This document shows, in pieces, positions 46,534 through 57,400 of a stretch of DNA of 64,000 nt (its first letter is position 1; each line of letters begins with the position of its first letter). The position numbers and the translations under genes are program-made. The stretch comes from Candidatus Eiseniibacteriota bacterium. Its GTDB lineage: Bacteria > Eisenbacteria > RBG-16-71-46. Below the pieces are notes generated by a model. That model saw only the letters and a program-made list of their open reading frames with translations, was not told where the DNA came from and did no database searches. The stretch lies in NCBI GenBank assembly GCA_963725865.1, contig CAVSAC010000012.1, forward strand, positions 160,001-224,000. Reading direction: 5' to 3'.

Positions 46534-46674
46534 CCGGGGTCACCTCCGATATGGGTCGCTGGAGCGGGCGCCTGCGGGCGAGCCGGGCGGTCGCCGGGTC
46601 GCGGCCGCGCCTTCGCCGATCACGCGTGACGGGGAGGAGTATGAGTCATCCGGGCACCCCTCCGGACATCCATT

Positions 46675-48130
46675 CTCCGCGGCGGCGGAGCAGGCTCCGC
46701 TGCTGGCCACCTGGCCGACGATGAACCGGACCCACATCGTGTTCGTCTACGGCGGCACGCTCTGGAGCGTCCCGCGCGACGGCGGGGACGCGCGCCAGCT
46801 CACCACCGGGGGCCACGAGACCCGCCCGGTGTTCTCGCCGGATGGCCGCTGGCTCGCGTTCACCGGCCAGTACGACGGCAACGTGGACGCGTACGTGATG
46901 CCCGCCGAGGGCGGCGAGCCGCGGCGACTGACCTGGCATCCCGCGCCCGACGTCGCGACCGGCTGGACGCCGGACGGACGCCGCGTGGTGTTCGCCTCGC
47001 CGCGCGAGGCTTACTCCGACTTCGATCGCCTCTACACCGTGCCGGCCGAGGGCGGAGTGCCCGAGGCGCTGCCGATGTGGCGCGGCGAGACCGGCTCCTA
47101 CTCGCCCGACGGTACGCGCTTCGCCTACCAGCCGCTCTCGAAGTGGCAGGAGGCATGGAAGCGCTATCGCGGGAGCCAGACCACGCCGATCCTCATCGTG
47201 CGCCTGAGCGACTTGCAGCTCGAGAAGGTGCCGCGCGAGAACTCGAACGACGACCAGCCGCTGTGGATCGGCGACACGGTCTACTTCCTCTCCGACCGCA
47301 ATGGCCCGGTGACGCTGTTCGCCTACGACACCGGTGCGAAGACGGTGCGCCAGGTGCTGCCCAACGACGACCTCGACCTCAAGTCGATCAGCGGCGGTCC
47401 GGACGGCATCGTGTACGAGCAGTTCGGCGGCCTCCACGTGCTCGACCTCGCCACCGGCGCCAGTCACCCGGTCGACATCCGGCTCGCCGGCGATCTGCCG
47501 GCCACCCGGCCGCACTACGTGTAGGTGGCCGATCGCATCGAGAACGCGCGCATCTCGCCGAGCGGCGCGCGCGCAGTGTTCGAGGCCCGCGGCGAGATCC
47601 TCACCGTGCCGGCCGAGAAGGGCGACATCCGCAACCTCACTTACGTGCGGGTGCCCGACACCGGGCGCGACGGCTACGTGAACTTCAACCGGTTCTTCTT
47701 CGCGCAATCGGACCGTCAGGGCGTGATCATCGACGAGCGCTACAACCACGGCGGCTACATCGCCGACTACATCATCGACCTGCTCAAGCGGCCGTTGCGC
47801 AGCGCGGTGACCACCCGCGAGGGTGCCACGTGGTACTCGCCCCTGCAGCAGATCTTCGGGCCGCGCACGATGCTGATCAACGAGATGGCCGGCTCGGGCG
47901 GCGATGCGCTCCCGTGGATGTTCCGCGAGGAGAAGGTCGGGACGCTGGTCGGCACCCGTACCTGGGGCGGGCTGGTCGGCATCGGCAACTACCCGCCGCT
48001 GATCGACGGGGGCAGGGTGACCGCGCCGCGTGCCGCGATCTACGGGCTGCACGGCGAGTGGGAGGTCGAGAATCACGGCATCGCCCCCGACCTCGAGGTC
48101 GAGAACGACCCCGCGTCGGTCGCCGCCGGC
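46675..48130 (+). pseudogene. Tricorn-like S41 protease remnant
   Basis: PD40 propeller (FSPDGRWLAFTGQYDGN, WTPDG) and an in-frame TAG at 47522-47524. The sequence joins directly from KGDIRNLT to YVRVPDTG at about 47641, followed by S41 motifs IDERYNHGG, GSGGD, GTRTWGG and ENHGIAPD. No clear start or signal peptide. Confidence 0.85.
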
Positions 48131-48228
48131 CCGCGTGGCTCCGTGTTCGTCCGCCTCCTCTGGGACGTAGGGATGGGTGGCCCCACCCTGAGGGCCCTTC
48201 CGAAGACCCTTCCCCCAGGAGGTCATCC

Positions 48229-50655
48229 ATGCGGTCCCGCTGGCTGTTCCCGTTCATCGCCGCCGCGCTGCTCGCCGCGGCGATCCCCGCCCTCGCCGAC
48301 TGGTCGCCCGATCCCTACATCGGCGGACTCCCGCTCAGCTCCACCACCAACGTGCAGGATCAGGCGGTCGGCGTCTCGGACGGCGCGGGCGGCGTCATCC
48401 TCGTGTGGCAGGACCTGCGCAACGGCGTCGACTTCGACCTCTTCGCGCAGCGCATCAATCCCGCGGGCCAGGTGCTCTGGAACGTCACCGGCGTCTCGGT
48501 GTGCGGCGCGGTGGGCGCGCAGACGCAGCCGGTCATCGCTCCGGACGGCGCGGGTGGCGCGATCATCGCGTGGCGCGACTTTCGCAGCGGGTCCAGCTAC
48601 GACGTCTACGCCCAGCGCCTGAACGGCAACGGGGCCGCGCAGTGGGCGCCCAACGGCGTGGTGGTCAGCAACGCGACGGGCAACCAGGACACGCCGGCGA
48701 TCGCGAGCGACGGGGCCGGCGGCGCGCTGCTGGCCTGGCAGGACCTCCGCTCCGGGGTCACGTACGACATCTATGCCCAGCGCATCGGTCCGACCGGCAC
48801 CATGATGTGGGCGGCGAACGGCCTCGCGGTCTGCGTGGCCGGGGGCTCGCAGTGGGCCCCCAAGGTAGTGGTGGACGGCGCGAACGGCATGATCGCGACG
48901 TGGTACGACCTGCGCGGCGCCACCTACGACATCTACGCCCAGCGCGTCTCCGCCGCCGGCAGCGCGCAGTGGACCGCCGACGGGGTCGTGATCTGCAACC
49001 AGACGGGCACCCAGCAGTATCCGACCATCGTCTCCGACCTCACGGGCGGTGCCGTGATCGCGTGGGAGGACCAGCGCAGCGGCAACTCCGACATCTACGC
49101 TCAGCGCGTCGGCCCGGCGGGCAGCGTGTACTGGACCGGCGGCGGCGTGGTCGTGTGCGCCACCACCAACGGCCAGCTGTCGCAGGCGATGGTGACCGAT
49201 GGCTCGGGCGGCGCCATCATGGCGTGGATCGACTTCCGGGCCGTCAGCAACGCGCCGGACATCTACGCCCAGCGGATCAACGCCGCCGGGGGCGCGATGT
49301 GGCCCGCGAACGGCCTCCCGGTGAACTACGACAACACCGGCACCCAGCTGGGACCCGTGAGCGCGGTCGAGGACGGCCTCGGCGGCGTCCTGGTCAACTG
49401 GTCCGACGCGCGCGGCCTGGTCGCATACGACCTGTACGCGCAGCACCTGAACGCCGCGGGCGGCCACGTCTGGAACAATGATCGCCTGATCTGCGGCGCC
49501 GTCGGCGACCAGTACGGCTACTCGCTGGTCTCGGACGGCGAGCACGGGGCCATCTCCCTGTGGAGCGACTACCGGTCCGGGACCGCGAAGGTGTACGCGC
49601 AGGAGCTGAACGCCAGTGGCGAGCTGGGGGACTGCGCGCCGCGCATCGTCTCGGTCCGCGATGTCCCGAACGACCAGGGCGGATTTCTGAACGTGCGCTT
49701 CAACGCCAGCCGCCTCGACGTGGATCCCAATGGCTACCTGCAGTACGTCGTCTGGCGCCAGATCCCGAACGCCGCCGCGCAGGTCGCACTCGCGCACGGC
49801 GCGCGGCTGGACGCCGCCGGCGGGCACGCCACGCGTGCGGGCGAGGGCACGCGCGTGATCCAGCGCACCACCGATCCGAACGGGATCGTCTACTACTGGG
49901 AGCAGGCCGGCTGGGCGGATGCGGTCGGCCATCCGGCGTACGCGGTGGTGATTGAGACCACCAGCGATTCGGTCGCCGGCTCGAATCCGCGCACACTGAT
50001 CCGCGTCGACGCGGACGACTACAACAACGACGTCTTTTACGATTCGACGCCCGACAGCGGCTACTCGGTCGACAACCTGCCGCCCGGCACGCCCGGTCAG
50101 TTCGCCGGCCAGTACGCCGGCGGCAGCACGCAGCTGCACTGGCTGCCCAGCGTGGCAAGCGACCTCGCGGGCTACCGGCTGTACCGCGGCGGCGCGTCGT
50201 TCGTGCCCGGACCGCAGAACCTGGTCGCCTCCCTCAGCGACACCGGCTACGTGGACAATGCCGGCGGCCCGTACGTGTACAAGCTGACCGCGGTCGACTC
50301 GCACGGCAACGAGTCGCCGGTCGCGACCGCGGTGCCGAGCGGCACGCTCGACGTGGCGGGTGCGCCCGGCAGCCTGTTCTTCCTCGCCGCGCCCTCGCCG
50401 AACCCGGCCCACGCCGGCGCCGGCCTGACGCTGCGCTTCGGGCTGTCACGCCGCGGCGAGGCGCGTGTTCAGGTGTTCGACGCGCAGGGCCGGCTGGTGC
50501 GCACGCTCGCCGCCGGGATGCAGGAGCCCGGCGAGCACGCGGTGCGCTGGGACGGCCGCGACGAGGCGCGTCAGCCGCTCTCCGCGGGGCTCTACTTCGT
50601 GCGGCTCGAGGCCGAGTCGCGCACCGCGCACACGCGCGTGGCACTGATGCCGTAG
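48229..50655 (+). CDS. Secreted protein with 8 DGxGG-W-D-R/DIYAQR repeats, FN3-like domain and FlgD-like C-terminal domain
   Basis: AGGAGG RBS, signal peptide ending ALA, 8 repeats of about 60 aa, VRDVPNDQGG, DLAGYRLYRG, YKLTAVD.HGNES and WDGRDE..GLYFVRL. Confidence 0.88.
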   Translation: MRSRWLFPFIAAALLAAAIPALADWSPDPYIGGLPLSSTTNVQDQAVGVSDGAGGVILVWQDLRNGVDFDLFAQRINPAGQVLWNVTGVSVCGAVGAQTQPVIAPDGAGGAIIAWRDFRSGSSYDVYAQRLNGNGAAQWAPNGVVVSNATGNQDTPAIASDGAGGALLAWQDLRSGVTYDIYAQRIGPTGTMMWAANGLAVCVAGGSQWAPKVVVDGANGMIATWYDLRGATYDIYAQRVSAAGSAQWTADGVVICNQTGTQQYPTIVSDLTGGAVIAWEDQRSGNSDIYAQRVGPAGSVYWTGGGVVVCATTNGQLSQAMVTDGSGGAIMAWIDFRAVSNAPDIYAQRINAAGGAMWPANGLPVNYDNTGTQLGPVSAVEDGLGGVLVNWSDARGLVAYDLYAQHLNAAGGHVWNNDRLICGAVGDQYGYSLVSDGEHGAISLWSDYRSGTAKVYAQELNASGELGDCAPRIVSVRDVPNDQGGFLNVRFNASRLDVDPNGYLQYVVWRQIPNAAAQVALAHGARLDAAGGHATRAGEGTRVIQRTTDPNGIVYYWEQAGWADAVGHPAYAVVIETTSDSVAGSNPRTLIRVDADDYNNDVFYDSTPDSGYSVDNLPPGTPGQFAGQYAGGSTQLHWLPSVASDLAGYRLYRGGASFVPGPQNLVASLSDTGYVDNAGGPYVYKLTAVDSHGNESPVATAVPSGTLDVAGAPGSLFFLAAPSPNPAHAGAGLTLRFGLSRRGEARVQVFDAQGRLVRTLAAGMQEPGEHAVRWDGRDEARQPLSAGLYFVRLEAESRTAHTRVALMP

Positions 50656-50843
50656 GCGCGGCAGGCACCTTCGCGATCGCTTCGCCAGGCGCTCGGTCGT
50701 CCGCGGGTTGGCACCCCGCCGGACGGCCGGGCGCCGCCGCGTTACGCCCGAATCGCGCTGCTCGTGCGCGGTGGCGGCCGGGCTCGGCGCGCTCGTGTCG
50801 CCGCTTTGCGCGAGAGTGCCGCGCGCCGTAGGGTGCGCGCTCC

Positions 50844-52118
50844 ATGATCTCCGCCTCCCGCATCCGAGCGAGCGTGAACGCCGCCGCCGGCGGCCTGCCG
50901 CGGCCGTTCTGGTTCCTGTGGACCGGCACGCTCGTGAACCGGCTCGGCACCTTCGTGCTGCCGTTCCTCGCGATCTACCTCACCCAGGTGCGCGGCTTCT
51001 CCGTCATGCAGGCCGGGATGGTGTCGGCGCTCTACGGCGCCGGCGGGGCGATCGCGGGGCCCTTGGGCGGCACGCTCGCCGACCACGTGGGCCGGCGCTT
51101 CACCATGGTGCTGGCGCTCGGCCTCGGCGGCTGCGGGATGATCGCGCTCGGGTTCGCGCACCGGCTCGAGGTGATCGCGCCGGCGACGTTCGTGGTGGCG
51201 CTCGTGAACGAGATGTACCGGCCCGCCATGCAGGCCGCGATGGCCGACCTGGTGGCGCCGGCCGACCGGGTGCGCGCGTTCGGTCTCTTGTACTGGGTGA
51301 TCAACCTGGGCTTCGCGATCGGACTCACGCTCGGCGGCGTGCTCGCGACCGTCTCGTATCTCCTGCTGTTCGTCGGCGACGGACTCACCAGTCTGACGTT
51401 CGCGCTGCTGGTGTGGCGCGGCGTGCCCGAGACGCGACCCGCGCACGTCGCGCACGCGGCGGCGAGCGGCGGGGGTGGGTGGCAGGCGTTCTTCGCGCCC
51501 TATCGCGATCGCACGTTCGCGGCGTTCCTGGGACTCAACTTCCTGGTCGCGCTGGTGTTCATGCAGCACTTCACCGCGTTCCCGATAGACATGGCCGCCC
51601 ACGGCATCTCGCGTGCGATGTTCGGCGCGGTGCTGGGCCTCAACGGCCTCCTCATCGTGCTGGTGCAGCCGTTCCTCGGACCCGTCCTCACGCGGCACGA
51701 CCGCCCGCGGTCGATCGCGCTGGGAGCGGTGCTGGTCGGGCTCGGCTTCGGGCTCAACGCGCTCGCGCGCACCGCTCCCGCGTACGCGCTGAGCGTGTGC
51801 GTGTGGACGCTGGGGGAGATCTGCGTGCTGCCCGTCTCGAGCGCGCTGGTCGCTGACCTGGCACCGCCCGCGATCCGCGGACGCTTCCAGGGCGCCTACG
51901 GCCTCTCGTTCGGACTCGCCACCTGTCTCGGGCCGACCACGGGCGCGTGGGCGCTGCAACACCTCGGGAGTGCCACGCTGTGGGCCGGCTGTCTGGCGGT
52001 CGGGGTGTGCGCGGCCGCCGGGCATCTCGCGCTCGCGCCGACGCTGCGGCGCGTGCGTGCGGCGCGGATCGCGCAGGGGAGTGCAGCGGCGAGGCCCGCC
52101 GACGCCGCGGCGACCTGA
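50844..52118 (+). CDS. MFS transporter (MdtH/DHA-like)
   Basis: About 12 TM helices, motif A GGTLADHVGRR and RGRFQGAY. Confidence 0.92.
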   Translation: MISASRIRASVNAAAGGLPRPFWFLWTGTLVNRLGTFVLPFLAIYLTQVRGFSVMQAGMVSALYGAGGAIAGPLGGTLADHVGRRFTMVLALGLGGCGMIALGFAHRLEVIAPATFVVALVNEMYRPAMQAAMADLVAPADRVRAFGLLYWVINLGFAIGLTLGGVLATVSYLLLFVGDGLTSLTFALLVWRGVPETRPAHVAHAAASGGGGWQAFFAPYRDRTFAAFLGLNFLVALVFMQHFTAFPIDMAAHGISRAMFGAVLGLNGLLIVLVQPFLGPVLTRHDRPRSIALGAVLVGLGFGLNALARTAPAYALSVCVWTLGEICVLPVSSALVADLAPPAIRGRFQGAYGLSFGLATCLGPTTGAWALQHLGSATLWAGCLAVGVCAAAGHLALAPTLRRVRAARIAQGSAAARPADAAAT

Positions 52119-52264
52119 GCGGAGTACGCCGCGCCGCGGCGGGAGGCGCATCGCAGTCGTTTCGCGGTTGCGCTACAGTGCCCGCCGCCCGGATCGGGGC
52201 GCCCCGAGGCGCGTCGCGGTCCGGATCGTCGCGGCCGCCTCGGATCGTTTCAGGAGGATCCCCC

Positions 52265-52777
52265 ATGTGGCTCATTCTCATCGTGCTGCGGCTCGTTCAC
52301 ATCCTCTCCGCCATCTTCTGGCTCGGCGGCATGTTCATCCTCGTCCGGTTCCTCGCGCCGACCGCGCGGCGCACCGGGGCCGACGGCGCGCGCTTCATGC
52401 AGAGCCTGGTGAGCGAGAGCGGTCTGCCGAAGGCGCTCACCGGCGCGGGCGTGCTCACCGTGCTCGCGGGGCTCGGGCTGTACTGGTTCACGTCGGACCA
52501 CTTCAGCCGCGAGTGGATGCGCTCCCCGACCGGCATGACGTTCAGCTTCGGCATGACGTTCGGCCTGCTCGCCCTGCTGCACGGCCTCGCGGTGCAGCGC
52601 GCCAACGCCGACAAGCTCGCAGCGATCGCACGCGCCGTTCCGGCCGGCGGCGCGCCGAGCCCCGAGCAGCAGGCGCGGATGGACGCGCTGCGCGAGAAGC
52701 TCGCCCGCGGCGGCCAGGTCGGGCTCGTCCTGCTGACGCTGGCGGCCGCGGCGATGGCGATCGCGCGCTACGTCTGA
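52265..52777 (+). CDS. Four-TM membrane protein (DUF2269/CopD-like)
   Basis: AGGAGG RBS; LRLVHILSAIFWLGG and four hydrophobic helices. Confidence 0.75.
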   Translation: MWLILIVLRLVHILSAIFWLGGMFILVRFLAPTARRTGADGARFMQSLVSESGLPKALTGAGVLTVLAGLGLYWFTSDHFSREWMRSPTGMTFSFGMTFGLLALLHGLAVQRANADKLAAIARAVPAGGAPSPEQQARMDALREKLARGGQVGLVLLTLAAAAMAIARYV

Positions 52778-52819
52778 GATCGCGGCCGACCTGATTCCTC
52801 CAACCCGAGGTGACCGTCC

Positions 52820-53599
52820 ATGAACCGCCTGTTGCTGGTCCTCGCGCTGCTGGCCCTCTCCACGAAGGCGATGGCGACCGTGCACACCGAGACCGTCGAA
52901 TACAAGCAGGGCGACACCGTCCTGCAGGGCTACCTGTCGTACGACGACGCCGTGAAGGGCCCGCGCCCCGCGATCGTGATCGTGCACGACTGGCTGGGCG
53001 TCTCGGACTACCAGAAGTCGCGCGCCGAGCAGCTCGCGGCGCTGGGCTACGTGGCGCTCGCGGCCGACGTCTACGGCAAGGGCGTGCGCCCGGCCAATGC
53101 CCAGGAGGCGGGCGCGGAGGCGGGCAAGTACTACAAGGACCGCGCGCTGCTGCGCGCGCGCGTGCGCGCGGGGCTCGATTTCCTCGCCGCCCGGCCGCAG
53201 GCCGATCCCCAGCGCCTCGCCGCGATCGGCTACTGCTTCGGCGGCGCCGGCGCGCTCGAGCTGGCCCGCAGCGGGGCGCCGCTGCGCGCGGTGGTGACGT
53301 TCCACGGCTCGCTCGCCTCGGCCGATCCCGCCGACGCCAAGAACATCAAGGCCAAGGTGCTGGTGCTGCACGGCGCCGACGATCCGTTCGTGAAGCCGGC
53401 CGAGGTGCAGGCGTTCGAGGACGAGATGCGGGCGGCGGGCGTGGACTGGCAGCTGGTGAAGTACAGCGGAGCGGTGCACAGCTTCACCGACAAGCGCGCC
53501 GGTACCGACAACTCCAAGGGTGCCGCCTACAACGAGGCCGCCGATCGCCGCTCGTGGCGGGCGATGCGCGACTTCTTCGAGGAGACGCTCGCCAAGTAG
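52820..53599 (+). CDS. Exported dienelactone hydrolase family protein
   Basis: Signal peptide, HDW.G, GYCFGG nucleophile, LHGADD and AVHSF. Confidence 0.93.
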   Translation: MNRLLLVLALLALSTKAMATVHTETVEYKQGDTVLQGYLSYDDAVKGPRPAIVIVHDWLGVSDYQKSRAEQLAALGYVALAADVYGKGVRPANAQEAGAEAGKYYKDRALLRARVRAGLDFLAARPQADPQRLAAIGYCFGGAGALELARSGAPLRAVVTFHGSLASADPADAKNIKAKVLVLHGADDPFVKPAEVQAFEDEMRAAGVDWQLVKYSGAVHSFTDKRAGTDNSKGAAYNEAADRRSWRAMRDFFEETLAK

Positions 53600-53722
53600 C
53601 GGCGGGAGAACGAGCATTCGGCCGTAGACGCCATCGCGGGGCCGGGGTAGCATGAATCGGCCCATGGATGGGTCGACCCCCGACGTTTGGCCGCCGCCCG
53701 CTCCCCTCCGTGGAGGTTGCCC

Positions 53723-54472
53723 ATGCCCCTCGCCCGATCCCTGTTCGGCTGCGCCCTGCTCGCTTCCGTCTTCGCCCTGGCCGCGCCCGCCGGCGCCCAG
53801 GAGCTGATCACCCCCAAGGTGCTGATCCGGCGGTTCCCGCAGGGCCAGTTCTGCGCGCTGCCGGTCTCGATCTCGTTCGTCGCGCCCAGCACCGACGTGA
53901 TCGTGACGTTCACCGCCGCCGAGTTCGTCGACGACGGCTCCGGCACCCAGACCTGGACCGAGCAGGCGATCGACAACGTCACGGTCGCCAGCACCGCGCA
54001 GGTCGCCGCGAACACCGCCGGGCCGCCCGAGTTCTCGAGCTCCGAGAACTGCTACGTCGGCGACCCGCAGCCGGTCACGTACTTCCACTTCAACCGCGCC
54101 GGGCTGACGCTGGCGCTGCTCGAGCTGTTCGACACCGATCCCGCGAGCCGCGGATGGACGATGTCGCCGCACAGCCACTTCGACAGCGGCCGCAGCGGGC
54201 CGCGCGACGTCGAGAACGACGCGGACCTCACGGGTGGCTCGCTCGCGCTGGGCGACGGCAGCGGCGTGCCGGCGAGCGGCATCACCTCGAGCGCCACGCT
54301 CACGCTGTCGACGCTCGATCCAGGCACCAGCTACGATCTCGGCGCGTGGTGGTACGCGGGCTTCGTGCGGTTCCCGCACGACACCGACTACCTGACGATC
54401 ACCATCACCACCAACGCCGGCACGCCGATCGCGCAGAAGAGCTGGGGCGCACTGAAGTCGCGCTACCGTTGA
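53723..54472 (+). CDS. Secreted protein with C-terminal SWGALKSRYR tag
   Basis: GGAGG RBS, signal peptide ending AGA, beta-rich body and TPIAQKSWGALKSRYR terminus. Confidence 0.8.
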   Translation: MPLARSLFGCALLASVFALAAPAGAQELITPKVLIRRFPQGQFCALPVSISFVAPSTDVIVTFTAAEFVDDGSGTQTWTEQAIDNVTVASTAQVAANTAGPPEFSSSENCYVGDPQPVTYFHFNRAGLTLALLELFDTDPASRGWTMSPHSHFDSGRSGPRDVENDADLTGGSLALGDGSGVPASGITSSATLTLSTLDPGTSYDLGAWWYAGFVRFPHDTDYLTITITTNAGTPIAQKSWGALKSRYR

Positions 54473-54475
54473 GCG

Positions 54476-57400
54476 TCAGCGGCCGCTGAGCACGAACGGC
54501 GCCCAGTAGAACGGATCCGCCCAGCGGGGGTCCTGGCGCACGCGGCGCTTGGCGTCGCGGAGCGCGCGCGCGAGGTCGGGCGGCTTTGCGCGCGCCTCCG
54601 CGGCGGCGATGCCGGCGAACAGCCCGCCCATCACTGCCGCGGTCGGCCGGTCGTCCACCGCCCACAGGCTCGCCACCACCTGGCGCGCGCCGGCCGCGAG
54701 GAATCCCCGCGAGAGCGCGAACGCGCCCTCGCCCGCCAGCCGCGGGCCCTTCGCGGTCTCGCAGGCGGACAGCACCGCGAGGCGGCAATCGAGCGCGAGC
54801 CGGTGGATCTCGAACAACTCGAGCAGGCCGTCGTCATCGCTGTCGGCGCCCGGGGCGGGCGGCGGCGCCAGCACCAGCCCCGCCGCCAGCCGATCGCCCG
54901 AGCGGTCGGCGAATCCGTGGGTGGCGAGGTGCAGGTAACGATGGCCGGGGAGTGCCGCGCGCACGGCGGGCTCGCGCGCGGCGGCGCCGCTGAGCACGTC
55001 GACCCGGCCGGCGCCGAACGCGGCGCGGATCGCCGCGGTCTCGAGCGCGGTGCCGGGCAGCGGCGACCAGGCGCGCAGGCGCGGCGCCGCGGTCGCCGCG
55101 TCCGGCGCCGGCGGTGGCGCGTACGCCACGTCGCTCACGCTCAGCACCTCGGCGCGCTCCCCGGCGCCCGCGAGCGCGCGCGCCGGCCGGCGCGCGAGAC
55201 TCCACAACGAGGTGGCCGATGGGCCGTAGGAGATCGCCGGACCGTCGTCGAGCCAGTAGCGCGTCGGCGCGCCGCGCGCTCGCGTCCGGGCCACGAGCGC
55301 CTCGAACGCCACCAGGTGGAGCGCCCCGTCCGGCACCACGAGCGCGGTGCGCGCGGCGTGCAGCGGCGCGCGCAGGGGCGCCGGCACGAGCGTGCGCCAC
55401 AGCGCGTGCAGGCGCACCTCGAAGGAGTCCGGCCCCGCGGAGGCGCGCAGCGGCAGCGTCACGAACCCGCCGGCCGCGGTGCCGCCGAGCAGCGGCGCGA
55501 TCCCGAGCGGGACGGTCGGCCCGTCGCGCGCGGGATCCCCGGTCACGATGCGCTCCAGCGTACTGTCGGTGAGCGGTCCGGGCGCCACCCCGAGTGCTGC
55601 GGCCGCATCGGGATCGAGCGCGAGCGCGAGCGCCGTGACCGGCCCGCGCGGGGGCACCACGAACACGTGGCTGGCGGCGCGGCCGACGTGGTAGACGAGC
55701 AGTAGTCCGTCGCGCGGCACCACCTCGCGCTGCAGCCGCGCCGCGTCGGGGATCCGCCCCTCGGCGCTGAGCACGCCGCGCCACACCGGGCTGGCGTCCT
55801 CGATGCGCCGGCGCGCGCGCCCGAGCTCGAGCGCCGCGGAATCGCGCCGCGCGGCGAGCCCCGCCAGCGCCTCGAGCCGTTCGCGTGCCCCCAGCGCCGG
55901 ATCGAGGCGGGTGTCCTCCAGCGCGCGATGCGCGGCGGCCAGTCGCGCCTCGGCCGCGCGCTCGTCGGTCGCGAGCGGTCCCAGCACGTCGGGCGGGATG
56001 CCGGCGCGCAGGTCCACGCCGCTCGCGACGATCTGGTCGAGCAACCCGCGCGCGCGCGCGTGCTCGTGCGTCGACAGCGCGGCCGCGACCGCCCCCCGCG
56101 CGAGCTGCCAGTCCACCATCCGGTCGACCAGGTCGAGCCGCCCGGCCACGAACGCGGCGCGGGTCTCGTCGCCGCCCCCGCGCCAGGCGCGCAGCGAGTC
56201 CATCGTCGCGAGCGCCACCGCCATGTCGGCGATCGCGGCGTCGAGCCGGCCGTGCGCGGCGTGCCCCTCCGCACGCGCCGCGTGCGCGTCGAGGCGCGCG
56301 TCGGGGTAGGCGCTCGTGGAATCGAGGATGGCGAGCGCGCGATCCAGCCGCGCTGCGGCATCGTCCGGCGCCCGCGCCGCACGGGAGCGCGCCTGCTCGA
56401 TCAGCAGCAGCGCCACGTCGGGATGCGCCGGGCCGAGCGCGCGCTCGCGCAGCACGATGGCACGCGCGAGCAACGTGTCGGCGCCGAGCGAGTCGCCCGA
56501 CTGCATCGCCAGCCGCGCGCGGTCGCCGAGGTGCTGCGCCATCAGCAGGTGGTCGGGACCGAGCGTCGCCTCGACGATCGCACCGGTCTCGCGATACAGC
56601 GAATCGGCGCGCGCGAAGTGGCCGAGCTCCTGTTCGCACACCGCGGCCTGGTTGAGGAACGTGATCAGCCCCGGGTTTGCGGCGCCCAGCGTCACCCGCG
56701 CCTGCGCGAGCGCCTGCAGGTAGAGCGGCTCGGCGGTCGCGGCGTGGCCCTGCAGTCGGCGGACCTCGGCCAGGTTGAGCCGCGCGGTCGCGAGCGCGTC
56801 GGGGTCGCCGCCCGGGCGTTCCAGCAGCGCGAGGCCGCGCTCGAGCAGCGGCTCCGCCTCGCCGAGCCGGCCGACGTCCTTGAACAGCCCGGCGAGGTTG
56901 TTCGCGAGCGCCAGGCGGATCGGATCGTCCTCCGCGAGCCGCGCTTCCGCGACTGCGAGCCCGCGACGGAAGTGGGACTCGGCGATGTCGAGTTGGTCGC
57001 GTACGCGCGCCAGCTCGCCGAGATTGTTGTGCGCGTCGGCGAGCCTGGCCGCGAACCGCTCGCCGGCCCCGTCGTAGATCGCGAGCGCGCGCTCGAGCGG
57101 CACCGCCGCGGAGTCCAACGCGCCGAGTTGGAAGTGCAGCAGCCCGAGCTGGCGCAGCGCTGCGGCGGTCTGGGGATCGCGCTCGCCGAGCGCGCGGGCG
57201 CGGATCGCCACCGCGCGCTCGGCGAGCGGGACGGCTTCGCGCCAGCGCCCGAGGTAGTCGAGCACCGTGGCGAGCGTGACGAGGCTGTTGGCCACCGCGG
57301 GATCGCCGGGACCGAGTGCCGCCTCGCGACGCGCGAGTCCGGCGCGGAACAGCGGCTCCGCGGCCGCCATCGCCTCCGGCGTCCCCGCGGAGAACAGCCG

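Noticed and set aside
47522..47524. TAG as pyrrolysine or programmed readthrough
   Set aside because: The same gene has a large deletion and truncated ends, and no pyl genes are in the window; decay is the simpler explanation.
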